DNA of 64,000 nucleotides from an uncultured SAR86 cluster bacterium (GCA_963926355.1 CAWUWW010000004.1:18965-82964); one strand, 5' to 3'. Counted from the first letter of the stretch, positions 1 through 9,018 are shown. Program-made: numbers and translations. The notes: a model not told the origin generated them from the sequence alone.

Positions 1-597
1 GAGAGCTACAAGTCCTTTGCTTTACTTCAAGTTGCAAATTCCTCTGGAAAAATAAATAAAGATTCCGATGACTATCTTAATGACTCTATTTCTTTATTTT
101 TTAATTTTTTTAAAAATAAATTTTCTTTAAATATAGATACATACAAAATGTATGGTCATTCAGCGGGGGCTCAATTTATACATAGGTATATGCTTTTAAG
201 TAATGACTATAGAATCTCAGATGTAGTTATTGCAAATGCTGGCTGGTATACATTTCTCGATGGTAATAATTTTCCATATGGCATTAAAGAAAGCCCAGTT
301 AACATCTCAAGTAAAAGAATCCGTTGGTTCATGTCTAATAAGACTAGCTTGTTAATTGGCGGCTCTGATACAGAACTCCTAGATGTTAACAGTTCAAAGG
401 GTGCTATGAGGCAGGGCAAGAATAGATTAGAAAGAGCTAGCAACTACTTTAATAGCTTGATTCTTGCCGGTGAGCAAAATAATATTCCTTTTAGGTGGGG
501 CTTCCATTCGATTAAAGATGTAGCGCACTCAAATACTAAAATGACCCCAGTTGCAGCAAAAATTCTCCTAGTAGATGTTATGGATGTAAAGCTTTAG
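1..597 (+). CDS. alpha/beta-fold serine hydrolase (esterase-like), 5-prime end outside window
   Basis: Frame 1 is open from base 1 into the listed ORF 148..597. Nucleophile-elbow motif G-H-S-A-G (MYGHSAGAQF). Confidence 0.6.
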   Translation, partial: ESYKSFALLQVANSSGKINKDSDDYLNDSISLFFNFFKNKFSLNIDTYKMYGHSAGAQFIHRYMLLSNDYRISDVVIANAGWYTFLDGNNFPYGIKESPVNISSKRIRWFMSNKTSLLIGGSDTELLDVNSSKGAMRQGKNRLERASNYFNSLILAGEQNNIPFRWGFHSIKDVAHSNTKMTPVAAKILLVDVMDVKL

Positions 598-2096
598 TAG
601 GTATGAGTTCTAATAAACTCTTCAGCTTTCCCAAAAATTATCTCTTTTCTTTCTATACTTAGCCTATCTAGAGCCTTGGGCATAAGTGATAGCCTGTGAT
701 TAGACTTAAAGAAATTAATATTTTTTTCAATAAATCTCCAGTAAAGACCATCAACAACATCACACCATTCATCTTTTTTATAGTTTGACATTCTTAAGAT
801 ATAACTAGATCCACATATATATGGTTTTGTTGAAAAAATACCTCCGTCGGCATATGTCCCCATTCCATAAACATTCGGAACCATAACCCAGTCAGAAGAA
901 TCTACATACATCTCCATAAACCACTTATATATACAATTAGGGTCTACATTAGATAGATTCATTAAATTTGAAATTACCATTAATCGATTTATGTGGTGAG
1001 TATATCCAAATTCAATTGACTCTTTTATTGCATCATCAAGTGGCGTTATACCCGTTTCCCCACAATACCAACTATCTGCAAGTCTTCTTTCATGAGACCA
1101 AAAATTTAAATCCTTATATCTTGGCATATTTGCCCAATAGACACCCATTATAAACTCCCTCCAGCCAAGCAGCTGCCTTATAAACCCCTCAATGGAATTC
1201 AAAGGTATCTTTCCATTTGATTCATGATATGCATTTTCCGCCTCTCTAATGCACTCGAGGGGATTTAAAAGACCTGCATTTAAGTATGGGGAGATTAGCG
1301 AATGAAACATAAAGGTATTTTCTTTATTTATAGCATCCTGAAAATTTCCAAAATTAGGCAGTAGGGTGGAGATAAAATCTTGATAGATCTTCCAGGCCGC
1401 ATCATGTGTTACCGCCCATTGAAAATTATCTATAGAGCCATAAGATGAGGAAAATATTTTTTCAACTTCAATCATCACATCTATTGTTATGGGATCATTG
1501 AGATTTTTGTCTCGTTCTGGTATATCAATACTTAATTTTGACATTCCCAACCTATTTTCTTTATCAAGATTCCATTTATTGCCCGTTGGCTTTCCATCAT
1601 CTGTCATAAGAACATTAAATTTTTTTCTTAGGTACCTGTAGTAGTACTCTTGTACAAGAGATTTTTTATCTGCTGACCAGTTAATAAAATCTTTACCTGA
1701 GGTTATAAATTTTTTATCCTCAAGAACATCAAGCTCAACATTATTCGACTGACAAAAATACATAAGATCTTTAAGGGTTTTAAAATCAGAAGGCTTTGAT
1801 ACTACTAGCCTTGAGAAAGGAGTCTTTGTATAAATAGAGCAAAGATACTGTTCAAGATTCTCTGATAGATTTTGTGTAATTTTTCTATGGAGAAGGTTTT
1901 TATGAATAATTTTTTCTTTAAAATGACGTAGCGAGCTTATTAAAAAAATTAATTTATGTTTGTGATGGGGGAGTTGGTAAAATGTATCCATTGGCTCATA
2001 TAGCAACAATTCATCATCATCTTTTATGGATTCTAGAACAGGGTTATCTATATAAAGCTGATCTGGAAATATTAGGCCTAGTGAATTCATATTCAT
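594..2096 (-). CDS. cryptochrome/photolyase-family protein, COG3046 / bacterial (6-4) photolyase (PhrB/CryB)-like
   Basis: 500-aa ORF with family-typical blocks: LGWREFIMGVYW, WYCGETGITPLDDAI, GYTHHINRLMV, VDSSDWVMVPNVYGM, KPYICGSSYILRMSNY, LYWRFI. Confidence 0.8.
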   Translation of the reverse strand: MNMNSLGLIFPDQLYIDNPVLESIKDDDELLLYEPMDTFYQLPHHKHKLIFLISSLRHFKEKIIHKNLLHRKITQNLSENLEQYLCSIYTKTPFSRLVVSKPSDFKTLKDLMYFCQSNNVELDVLEDKKFITSGKDFINWSADKKSLVQEYYYRYLRKKFNVLMTDDGKPTGNKWNLDKENRLGMSKLSIDIPERDKNLNDPITIDVMIEVEKIFSSSYGSIDNFQWAVTHDAAWKIYQDFISTLLPNFGNFQDAINKENTFMFHSLISPYLNAGLLNPLECIREAENAYHESNGKIPLNSIEGFIRQLLGWREFIMGVYWANMPRYKDLNFWSHERRLADSWYCGETGITPLDDAIKESIEFGYTHHINRLMVISNLMNLSNVDPNCIYKWFMEMYVDSSDWVMVPNVYGMGTYADGGIFSTKPYICGSSYILRMSNYKKDEWCDVVDGLYWRFIEKNINFFKSNHRLSLMPKALDRLSIERKEIIFGKAEEFIRTHTY

Positions 2097-2176
2097 ATAT
2101 CATACTGCTACTATCATCATTTTTTATATATTTCATACTAATTATTGATAGATTCCTATTTTTTTATTGACACATT

Positions 2177-2224
2177 TGTCACAGTTTTGTAACATATAAA
2201 TATATAATGTCACTGTTATGTAAC
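2177..2224 (+). promoter_or_regulatory. two Pho-box-like sites (TGTCAC-N5-TGTAAC twice) with a TATAAT -10 between them
   Basis: TGTCAC 2177-2182 and TGTAAC 2188-2193 are phased at 11 bp. TATAAT lies at 2203-2208, 9 nt after box A. A second TGTCAC 2208-2213 / TGTAAC 2219-2224 pair is also phased at 11 bp. Upstream of ORF 2251. Confidence 0.55.
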
Positions 2225-2250
2225 ATTAAATAATAAAAAAGGATAAACAT

Positions 2251-2688
2251 ATGAATATTAATAATTTAGTTAAAAAAATAGCAATGATCTCATTTATTTC
2301 ATTATTTTCACTACACTCAATAGCTGATAAAGATATTTTTAATGCAGCTCAGGATCAACTTAACCTTAATGCTGTATATATAAATGCAGAGTATGACTCA
2401 GCTATGGTTGGTAATTTTTGCCCTAAACAATCCATTGGTTGTTATGTATCTGCTGATAGGGGTAGAGTATTAATTAGTAAAAATGTACCCAAGGAGCATC
2501 ACAATGTCGTATTGCTTGGTTTGTACAGCGACTACATTCAGCACTCTAATACAGGGCTGATTGATAGTTCTCTGACATGCGGTCTTAAGGTTGATTATTT
2601 AGAGGGTTTAAATAATAAAAATCTTGTGAATCTATACAAAAGCCAGTGTGAAGCTGTTCATAGGAATAAAGTCGTCGCTATGAACTAA
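2251..2688 (+). CDS. hypothetical secreted protein (145 aa, 4 Cys)
   Basis: AGGA 8 nt upstream of the ATG. N-terminal signal peptide (ISFISLFSLHSIA-DK). No recognisable family. Confidence 0.6.
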   Translation: MNINNLVKKIAMISFISLFSLHSIADKDIFNAAQDQLNLNAVYINAEYDSAMVGNFCPKQSIGCYVSADRGRVLISKNVPKEHHNVVLLGLYSDYIQHSNTGLIDSSLTCGLKVDYLEGLNNKNLVNLYKSQCEAVHRNKVVAMN

Positions 2689-2702
2689 AGATTATTAAGA
2701 TA

Positions 2703-3680
2703 TTATTTAATTAGAACAATTTTTTTATTAATAACATTGCCTTTGATGTCTTTAAGACCAATGCTAACTTTTTTCTGAACCCCGTCAATTAATATAAAGC
2801 CGTAGTTTTCACTTGTATACATATCTCCCATAAGAAGTAGATCAGTTTCAGATGAACTTTTTCTTGAGCTAGGGACATTGATTGACGATGAGGTTACTTC
2901 AAATATGTCGCCATATTTATAAATTCCAGCTCTGTGTCTATCACCTGAAATAACAATTGTTGTTGCATCCAGGTTATTTATAAGATCAAGCATTTTTTTT
3001 CTGTCATTTGGAAATAGCGACCATTTCTCAAACCTATGATTAGTTGCAAGAAGTTGAATGGATGTCATTATGATAACAAGGTCAGCATCTCTGCTTATGG
3101 TTTTATTTAACCAATTCCATTGATCCATTCCTAGGATCCCCGCGTCTTCATCGATATTATTTTGGTATGAAAGCTTTTTGCCTTTAATTTCAGATCTAAA
3201 ATATCTAGTATCTAGTCCAATAAAGTGAACTTTTAAACCATCGACGACAATCTCTTTATCATAATATATCCCCTCTTGGTGGTTTCTCTGATCATTCTGC
3301 GGTATATCCCAAAAATCTAAAAAAATATCCTGAGACTCCTTTTTATTTATATAAGAACCCCCGCCATCATTTTCACCGTAGTCATGATCGTCCCATATTG
3401 TAAAAATATCCTTATTGCTTAGCCAGGATGGAAATTGTAACTTTTGTTTTGAGTAGGCTGAGCGTAATTTTATTAAATTACCCGAAGTATCATCTCCGTA
3501 GACATTATCACCAAGGAATATAAACCCATCAATGTTATCTTTTTCTATAGCAGACCATATAGGTTGGGGTAAGTCTTGATTAATACATGACCCAAAAGCA
3601 ATGCTATAAGTTTCTGAATAAGCACTATTACTTAACGTTATAAGAAAAAGTAATAAAGAAAAGGGGTAGTAAGATTTCAC
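2703..3680 (-). CDS. PhoD-like metallophosphatase (alkaline phosphatase D family, short form)
   Basis: Motifs FGSCINQD, FIFLGDNVYGDD, WDDHDYGENDGG and ISGDRHRAG match the PhoD-like phosphatase domain. N-terminal Sec-type signal peptide. Confidence 0.75.
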   Translation of the reverse strand: MKSYYPFSLLLFLITLSNSAYSETYSIAFGSCINQDLPQPIWSAIEKDNIDGFIFLGDNVYGDDTSGNLIKLRSAYSKQKLQFPSWLSNKDIFTIWDDHDYGENDGGGSYINKKESQDIFLDFWDIPQNDQRNHQEGIYYDKEIVVDGLKVHFIGLDTRYFRSEIKGKKLSYQNNIDEDAGILGMDQWNWLNKTISRDADLVIIMTSIQLLATNHRFEKWSLFPNDRKKMLDLINNLDATTIVISGDRHRAGIYKYGDIFEVTSSSINVPSSRKSSSETDLLLMGDMYTSENYGFILIDGVQKKVSIGLKDIKGNVINKKIVLIK

Positions 3681-3703
3681 TTTACAATAGTATCATTGGT
3701 TGT

Positions 3704-4462
3704 ATGCAAACGATAATACTTAAAAATATTTTTATATTAATTTCTATTTTTACTATTTTCTCTTGTGGAAATTCAAATACTGAGCCAAATAGATCACTAA
3801 GTTCCCTCATTCAACCAGAGTTTACCTACAATCAAGATTTTTTTGATTGCTCAATTAATACAAACTATTCTTTAATAAACTTAGAATCTTTTTTTTCATC
3901 ATTTATAGGTGATTATAATAAGGGCGAGGTAAATGGCGAGACTTTAAACGCCTCAGTTTTATTTCCAGACAATATAGACACTATTAAGAATTTTATTATT
4001 AGCGTGAGATCTAATAGCAATCCCCAGGTAGTATCTAATTTCGTAGAAGCGCTAAAGAGTAAGAAATTTAGTAATATTGCATCATGCACTTTTTCTATAT
4101 ATCAAATGAAGGGTTTTGACATTGTTGCTAAAAACAATCAACCTATTTTAGATTATGTTTTTGTTGAAATTTTGAGATGTAAATATAATGAAGGTTATAA
4201 TTTTGGGACCTTCAAAATTTCAATTGAAAGATTTCTAGAGCAAATCAATTTACTCGGCATTTCATACTCATTGTCTTATATTGATAATGTAAATTCTGAC
4301 GGAAATTTTATTTGGATCAACTCATTCTTTGGAGATAATTTTAAAAAAAATCTCTCAGATGACTGGATTGATCTTAAGGATTCCATTGAAATACAAAATG
4401 AATTTAACAGTAATTCTTCGTGTATAGATTCAAAATCTTACAAATCTTATAAATTAATTTAA
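3704..4462 (+). CDS. hypothetical lipoprotein, paralog family member 1 (two-domain internal duplication)
   Basis: Signal peptide with lipobox-like IFSC-G. Shares C...(N/D)F(I/V)W...C domain pattern twice with ORFs 4567..5325 and 5476..6198. Confidence 0.65.
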   Translation: MQTIILKNIFILISIFTIFSCGNSNTEPNRSLSSLIQPEFTYNQDFFDCSINTNYSLINLESFFSSFIGDYNKGEVNGETLNASVLFPDNIDTIKNFIISVRSNSNPQVVSNFVEALKSKKFSNIASCTFSIYQMKGFDIVAKNNQPILDYVFVEILRCKYNEGYNFGTFKISIERFLEQINLLGISYSLSYIDNVNSDGNFIWINSFFGDNFKKNLSDDWIDLKDSIEIQNEFNSNSSCIDSKSYKSYKLI

Positions 4463-4566
4463 AAATCTAAATATATTTATACTTTCGACCATTCATTTTT
4501 ATATAAATCCTGTATATTACCCTTGTATTTTTCTACTTAATAAAACACATAACCACGGGCCACTAA

Positions 4567-5325
4567 ATGCGTATTTTTGTTTCTATTTTCCTTATACTTA
4601 CATCACACAACTCGCTTGAGGCAAAAACTTCTGAGCCTATTTGGTCGGAATATTTTTCGTGCAAATTAGATTCTGGAAAAACATTAGAAGACTTAGATAT
4701 CTACAAAAGCAATTGGAATAAGTTTATGGATGAGTCTGATGTTACTGGCTATGATGCAGCAATTTTATATCCTAGATATGTCTCACCATCTGATGAGCAT
4801 GATTTTATTTGGGTTGGCCATTCAAGCAACTCCATTCAATTTGGAATTGGTAACGATAATTGGGGTGGTGAGGAGGCAAAAGAACTCCGCAGATCTTTCC
4901 CAGCCTCATGCAATGAATCTTTCTCAGCACAACAGTTCCTAATCCAATCTAATTACACATTAGATGAAATGAACCCAACATATCCTGTCTCCTATAGAGA
5001 TTGCAAACTACTTAGCAACAAGACACTGGAAGATGCTTATAAGGTGGTTCTCCAAAGTATGTCATCATCTCACTCAAGAGGTATAAAGGTTAGCTCAAGA
5101 ATTATAGAAATAAAATATGGAACCCCTGCTAAGTTAGAGCCTTATGATTTTATTCTTTCATTCAACAGTCCTACCTGGGAGGAATGGGGAAGGGGTACTA
5201 AAGATTATGATGAAAATATCCTAGGTTCCCCAGGGGATAACGAGGTAAATAAAACATTTATTTGTGAGAACCCAAGAATGTATTCAGGCTCTATAGTGAG
5301 ATGGTATGATTTTATTAAGCGCTAA
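4567..5325 (+). CDS. hypothetical secreted protein, paralog family member 2
   Basis: Signal peptide (SLEA-KT). Two repeats of the pattern C-K-L-x-x-G/N-K-T-L-E-D ... DFI(W/L) ... C. Confidence 0.65.
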   Translation: MRIFVSIFLILTSHNSLEAKTSEPIWSEYFSCKLDSGKTLEDLDIYKSNWNKFMDESDVTGYDAAILYPRYVSPSDEHDFIWVGHSSNSIQFGIGNDNWGGEEAKELRRSFPASCNESFSAQQFLIQSNYTLDEMNPTYPVSYRDCKLLSNKTLEDAYKVVLQSMSSSHSRGIKVSSRIIEIKYGTPAKLEPYDFILSFNSPTWEEWGRGTKDYDENILGSPGDNEVNKTFICENPRMYSGSIVRWYDFIKR

Positions 5326-5350
5326 AGACAATTTTTTTATTAAAGATATA

Positions 5351-5378
5351 AAAAAAGGAAGCTAATTGCTTCCTTTTT
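5351..5378 (+). terminator. rho-independent terminator (bidirectional-looking)
   Basis: GGAAGC (5357-5362), loop TAATT, GCTTCC (5368-5373), followed by TTTTT. An A-run lies upstream. Confidence 0.7.
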
Positions 5379-5396
5379 ATTTATAATCTTTTCTGC

Positions 5397-5471
5397 GCGG
5401 GTATCGTATAATGGCTATTATAAGAGGTTTCCAACCTTTTGATGAGAGTTCGATCCTCTCTACCCGCTCCA
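5397..5471 (+). tRNA. tRNA-Gly (anticodon UCC)
   Basis: 75-nt cloverleaf. Acceptor GCGGGTA/TACCCGC, D-arm TCGTATAATGGCTATTA nearly identical to E. coli glyT, anticodon stem AGAGG/CCTTT with loop TT-TCC-AA, T-arm GAGAG-TTCGATC-CTCTC, encoded CCA. Confidence 0.93.
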
Positions 5472-5475
5472 CGAA

Positions 5476-6198
5476 CTACCTAATAACAGTTCCATTAAAG
5501 TCATTTGTATTGCAGGTGAACATTTCAACATAATCACTTGCATTTTCACTTACCATGAATTTCCCTAACGCCATATTTTTATCTTGATCGTCTAACCATA
5601 GGTCTAACCATACAAAATCTGGTTTTGGATCAAGTTCAAATGTTGGGTTTAGGAGAACATTCCAATATGTGTCACTCCATACAGTCGAACCTACATTTGA
5701 TTTAAAAGTCTTAAATGACTCTTCATCATGACCTTCATTGTAGCTGCAAAAATGAAATCTATTTGAGAAAGCGCCAGAGTTATTATCAATCTTTGGAGGG
5801 GAGACCTCGGCAATTTCAAAAGCAAATACATTTGCTGGATCAAAGCTCATAATTCCATCAATGGATTCCTCCCATTTATCAGACATATTTGACATCCAAT
5901 ACTTCCATCCAGCATCTCTTGCTGACATAGAAGGCCATTTCATAACCCAGATAAAATCATAATTATCATTTGCAACTGTTGGGGTTAGGATGTTTGCTCC
6001 ATCCATTACCATTCCCGAGTCGGTAATAATTTGATTCCATTCATTGATTAATTTAGCAAGGTTTTCTGAATTAAAATCTGGTCCAGCTGAATGCCAAACA
6101 TACTCGACAACGGATGGTTTAGGAGTTTCTTTAACAATTGATTGGGAGCATGAAATAATAAATAAAGTTGTTAAAACCGAGAGTGTTATTTTTTTCAT
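5476..6198 (-). CDS. hypothetical lipoprotein, paralog family member 3
   Basis: Lipobox IISC-S. Contains DFIWV and DFVWL motifs and terminal Cys in each half, as in the ORFs at 3704 and 4567. Confidence 0.65.
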   Translation of the reverse strand: MKKITLSVLTTLFIISCSQSIVKETPKPSVVEYVWHSAGPDFNSENLAKLINEWNQIITDSGMVMDGANILTPTVANDNYDFIWVMKWPSMSARDAGWKYWMSNMSDKWEESIDGIMSFDPANVFAFEIAEVSPPKIDNNSGAFSNRFHFCSYNEGHDEESFKTFKSNVGSTVWSDTYWNVLLNPTFELDPKPDFVWLDLWLDDQDKNMALGKFMVSENASDYVEMFTCNTNDFNGTVIR

Positions 6199-6245
6199 AA
6201 TTTACCTAACTTAGTTAATATATATATTTATAACATATTTTTTCC

Positions 6246-6275
6246 AAAAAAAAGCAGGTCAAGGACCTGCTTTTT
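6246..6275 (-). terminator. rho-independent terminator downstream of prepilin peptidase gene
   Basis: GCAGGTC (6254-6260), loop AAG, GACCTGC (6264-6270), flanked by A8 and T5. On the minus strand it reads as hairpin followed by a T-run. Confidence 0.75.
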
Positions 6276-6322
6276 AAGACCCAGGGGATATGAATTTGAG
6301 GATAGCATTCAAAAGGTCTTAC

Positions 6323-7177
6323 TTATATGACTAAGATATTACCTAAAAGTTCAAAATATTTTAATAAAATATAAAAAATGAATCCTAGTATTAGCCCAGA
6401 TCCAAGCGGCACTTCTCTAGAGTACTTTTTTAGATTACCTGTAATAATTAAAAGTGCACTTATGGAGCCTAGAAATAGTATTGGAGCGAGAGAAAAAGGC
6501 CCAGTTATAGAGCCTATACCAGCAAATAATATAAAATCACCTCCACCAATTCCATCTCTTTTGTTTATTAGTTTATAAATAAAATTTACAACCCATAAAC
6601 TTACAAACCCAGTAAAGCACCCAAGTAATGAAAGCCATAAATGACTTGAAATATGAGTACTTAAATCACCAACAAAAAAACCAAATAAGCCATTTGAAAT
6701 AATACCTATTCCACTTAAACAGTAATTCAGGCCAAGGGGTAAATAAAAAAATTTAATATCTAAAATAAATAGAATATAAAGAATAAAAAATAACACATAC
6801 ACAGTTAAGGATAGAAGTGATATCTGTAAAAAATAGATAATTAGTAGTCCTGTAAGGAGATGAATTAACTCATTAAATAGATACATCAAAGATATGGGCT
6901 TATTGCATTCATTACATTTACCAAGCTGTTTAATAAATCCAAGGATTGGAATTAGATTAAGTAATGAGATTTGTTTCTTGCATCTAGGGCAGTGAGACCT
7001 GGGTAAGAAAAGGTTTATTGATTTATCATTGTCGGTTTCTTTTAAACCAAGTCTGTAAATTAATAGCGACGAAAAACTGCCCATTGAAAGAAAAAAAATA
7101 GATACAAGGAATAGGGTAAGGGCAGATCCCCCTGATTGAAAAATATTTATAGTACCTATCTCAAAAAACCCAATCAA
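6323..7177 (-). CDS. pilD: type IV prepilin peptidase / N-methyltransferase (A24 family; PilD/GspO)
   Basis: Zn-knuckle CPRCKKQI...CNECNKPI, polytopic membrane profile, catalytic-region motif GGGDFILFAGIG. The start codon is TTG. Confidence 0.85.
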   Translation of the reverse strand: MIGFFEIGTINIFQSGGSALTLFLVSIFFLSMGSFSSLLIYRLGLKETDNDKSINLFLPRSHCPRCKKQISLLNLIPILGFIKQLGKCNECNKPISLMYLFNELIHLLTGLLIIYFLQISLLSLTVYVLFFILYILFILDIKFFYLPLGLNYCLSGIGIISNGLFGFFVGDLSTHISSHLWLSLLGCFTGFVSLWVVNFIYKLINKRDGIGGGDFILFAGIGSITGPFSLAPILFLGSISALLIITGNLKKYSREVPLGSGLILGFIFYILLKYFELLGNILVI

Positions 7178-7260
7178 TTTATTTTTTTCTAGTTATCCAA
7201 AAACAAAGAAATAAAAGACCTAGAGCTGGAATTGCGTAGGCACCTATTATCATTAACTTA

Positions 7261-9018
7261 TCAATCATATATCTCTCCAGATGCAAAGGCGTCGGGCCTT
7301 CTATAGTCACCATAGCCATAGAAAATATTATCTTTAAACATTATTGTTTGAAGGCAGGTTGCCGGCGTAATAATTTTTATATCATACCTTGCATCAAGAA
7401 GCTTTTCTTTGATTGCTGAATCTATAGATGACTCAATTTGCAATAAATCAGGCTGCCATTGGTGATGTATTCTTTTTGCAACTGTTGCTTGCTCTAAATC
7501 CATGTCGAAATCAATTATATTGAGTATTGATTGAAGAACTGCTGAAATTATTCTTGCTCCACCAGGACTGCCTGTTGTAAAAAATAGCTCGTCATTTTTC
7601 ATAACTATAGTTGGCGTCATTGAACTCAGAGGTCTTTTTCCAGGTAAAATTTCATTTGCCTCAGAGCCAAGAAGACCAAACTGATTAGGTATTCCAGGAG
7701 CTGCTGCAAAATCATCCATTTCATTATTCATTAAAATACCCGTTCCCTCTATAACAACCCCTGAGCCAAACGAGGAGTTTAGAGTGTATGTGGAAGAAAC
7801 AACATTACCCTCACTATCTACTACCGAATAATGAGTTGTTTCAAAACTTTCATTATCTAAATTAGCCCCGGGCAAAATCTCTGAAGAGGGTGTTGAGATA
7901 CCAATTGATATATTGGAGTTTATTTTTTTTGCATAGGCTTTACTTGTTATCGATAAAACAGGCACTTTAAAAAAATCTGGATCACCTAGATATTTTGATC
8001 TATCTGCATATGCATACTTCATAACCTCGGTTAATAAACTAATATATTCAAAGGAATTATGAGTAAGTTTTTTTAAATCATACTGCTCTAAAATATTTAA
8101 CATCTGAATTATATGAACACCTCCAGATGAAGGAGGACCCATAGTGATGATCTCATTCCCTCTATAAGTTGATATAAGAGGCTGTCTCCAAACAGGATTA
8201 TAATTTTCTAAATCCTCATTCGTAATCAGCCCTCCATTCAATGCCATGGAATCATTAATTTTATTGGCTACAAATCCTTTGTAAAATCCATCTCTTCCAT
8301 TTAGAGCAATTAACTGGAGTGTTTTACTTAAATCTTTTTGAATTAAAATCTCTCCCTCAAAATTAGGGTGCTGATTTTGAAAAATAGATTTTGTTGAAGG
8401 GAATACAGAAAGTTTCTTATTATATTTTATGAGTATATCAGACATATATGGCGTTATTCTGAATCCATTCTCAGCTAAATCTATTGCATGTTCTAATAAA
8501 TCGCTCCAAGGCAATGAACCAAATTTTTGATGAACTTCCCATAATCCAGCAACTGTCCCAGGAACCCCGCTAGCAAGATGACCAAAGGTTGAAAGGCTTT
8601 GAGTGTTGAATGAACCATCTTTTTTAAGGTACATATCATTTGTCGAGTTGATTGGTGCTTTTTCACGATAATCTATTGAATAAGCCTTGTTAGTATCAGA
8701 GTCATGAATAACCATAAACCCACCACCACCTATATTTCCTGCTCTTGGAAGAACAACTGCCAATGAAAAACCTATTGCAACGGCAGCATCATATGCATTT
8801 CCACCTTTGCTCAGAATATCTTCGCCAACTTTTGTTGCTATAAAATGCTGGGTAGTTACCATTCCATTCTTTCCTTCAGCTATAACCTTTTGTGAAGAAA
8901 TGTATTTTTTAGGGTCAACTGTTCCAATAGCTTGAAAGCTTTGAGCATTAATATCTTTAGCTAAAATACTTAAAAAAATTATTGCCGTTGTAAATAAGAT
9001 TCTTTTATTTTTCATCAT
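7261..9018 (-). CDS. ggt: gamma-glutamyltransferase
   Basis: Signal peptide. Autoprocessing/nucleophile region ETTHYSVVDSEGNVVSSTYTLNSSFGSG, plus GPPSSGG and TGSPGGARII. Confidence 0.9.
   Translation of the reverse strand: MMKNKRILFTTAIIFLSILAKDINAQSFQAIGTVDPKKYISSQKVIAEGKNGMVTTQHFIATKVGEDILSKGGNAYDAAVAIGFSLAVVLPRAGNIGGGGFMVIHDSDTNKAYSIDYREKAPINSTNDMYLKKDGSFNTQSLSTFGHLASGVPGTVAGLWEVHQKFGSLPWSDLLEHAIDLAENGFRITPYMSDILIKYNKKLSVFPSTKSIFQNQHPNFEGEILIQKDLSKTLQLIALNGRDGFYKGFVANKINDSMALNGGLITNEDLENYNPVWRQPLISTYRGNEIITMGPPSSGGVHIIQMLNILEQYDLKKLTHNSFEYISLLTEVMKYAYADRSKYLGDPDFFKVPVLSITSKAYAKKINSNISIGISTPSSEILPGANLDNESFETTHYSVVDSEGNVVSSTYTLNSSFGSGVVIEGTGILMNNEMDDFAAAPGIPNQFGLLGSEANEILPGKRPLSSMTPTIVMKNDELFFTTGSPGGARIISAVLQSILNIIDFDMDLEQATVAKRIHHQWQPDLLQIESSIDSAIKEKLLDARYDIKIITPATCLQTIMFKDNIFYGYGDYRRPDAFASGEIYD

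Noticed and set aside
5326-6322. tRNA-Gly as an integration hotspot or genomic-island border.
   Set aside because: There is no integrase, no visible direct repeat of the tRNA 3-prime end downstream, and no compositional break visible by eye. The flanking paralogs are better explained as local gene-family expansion.
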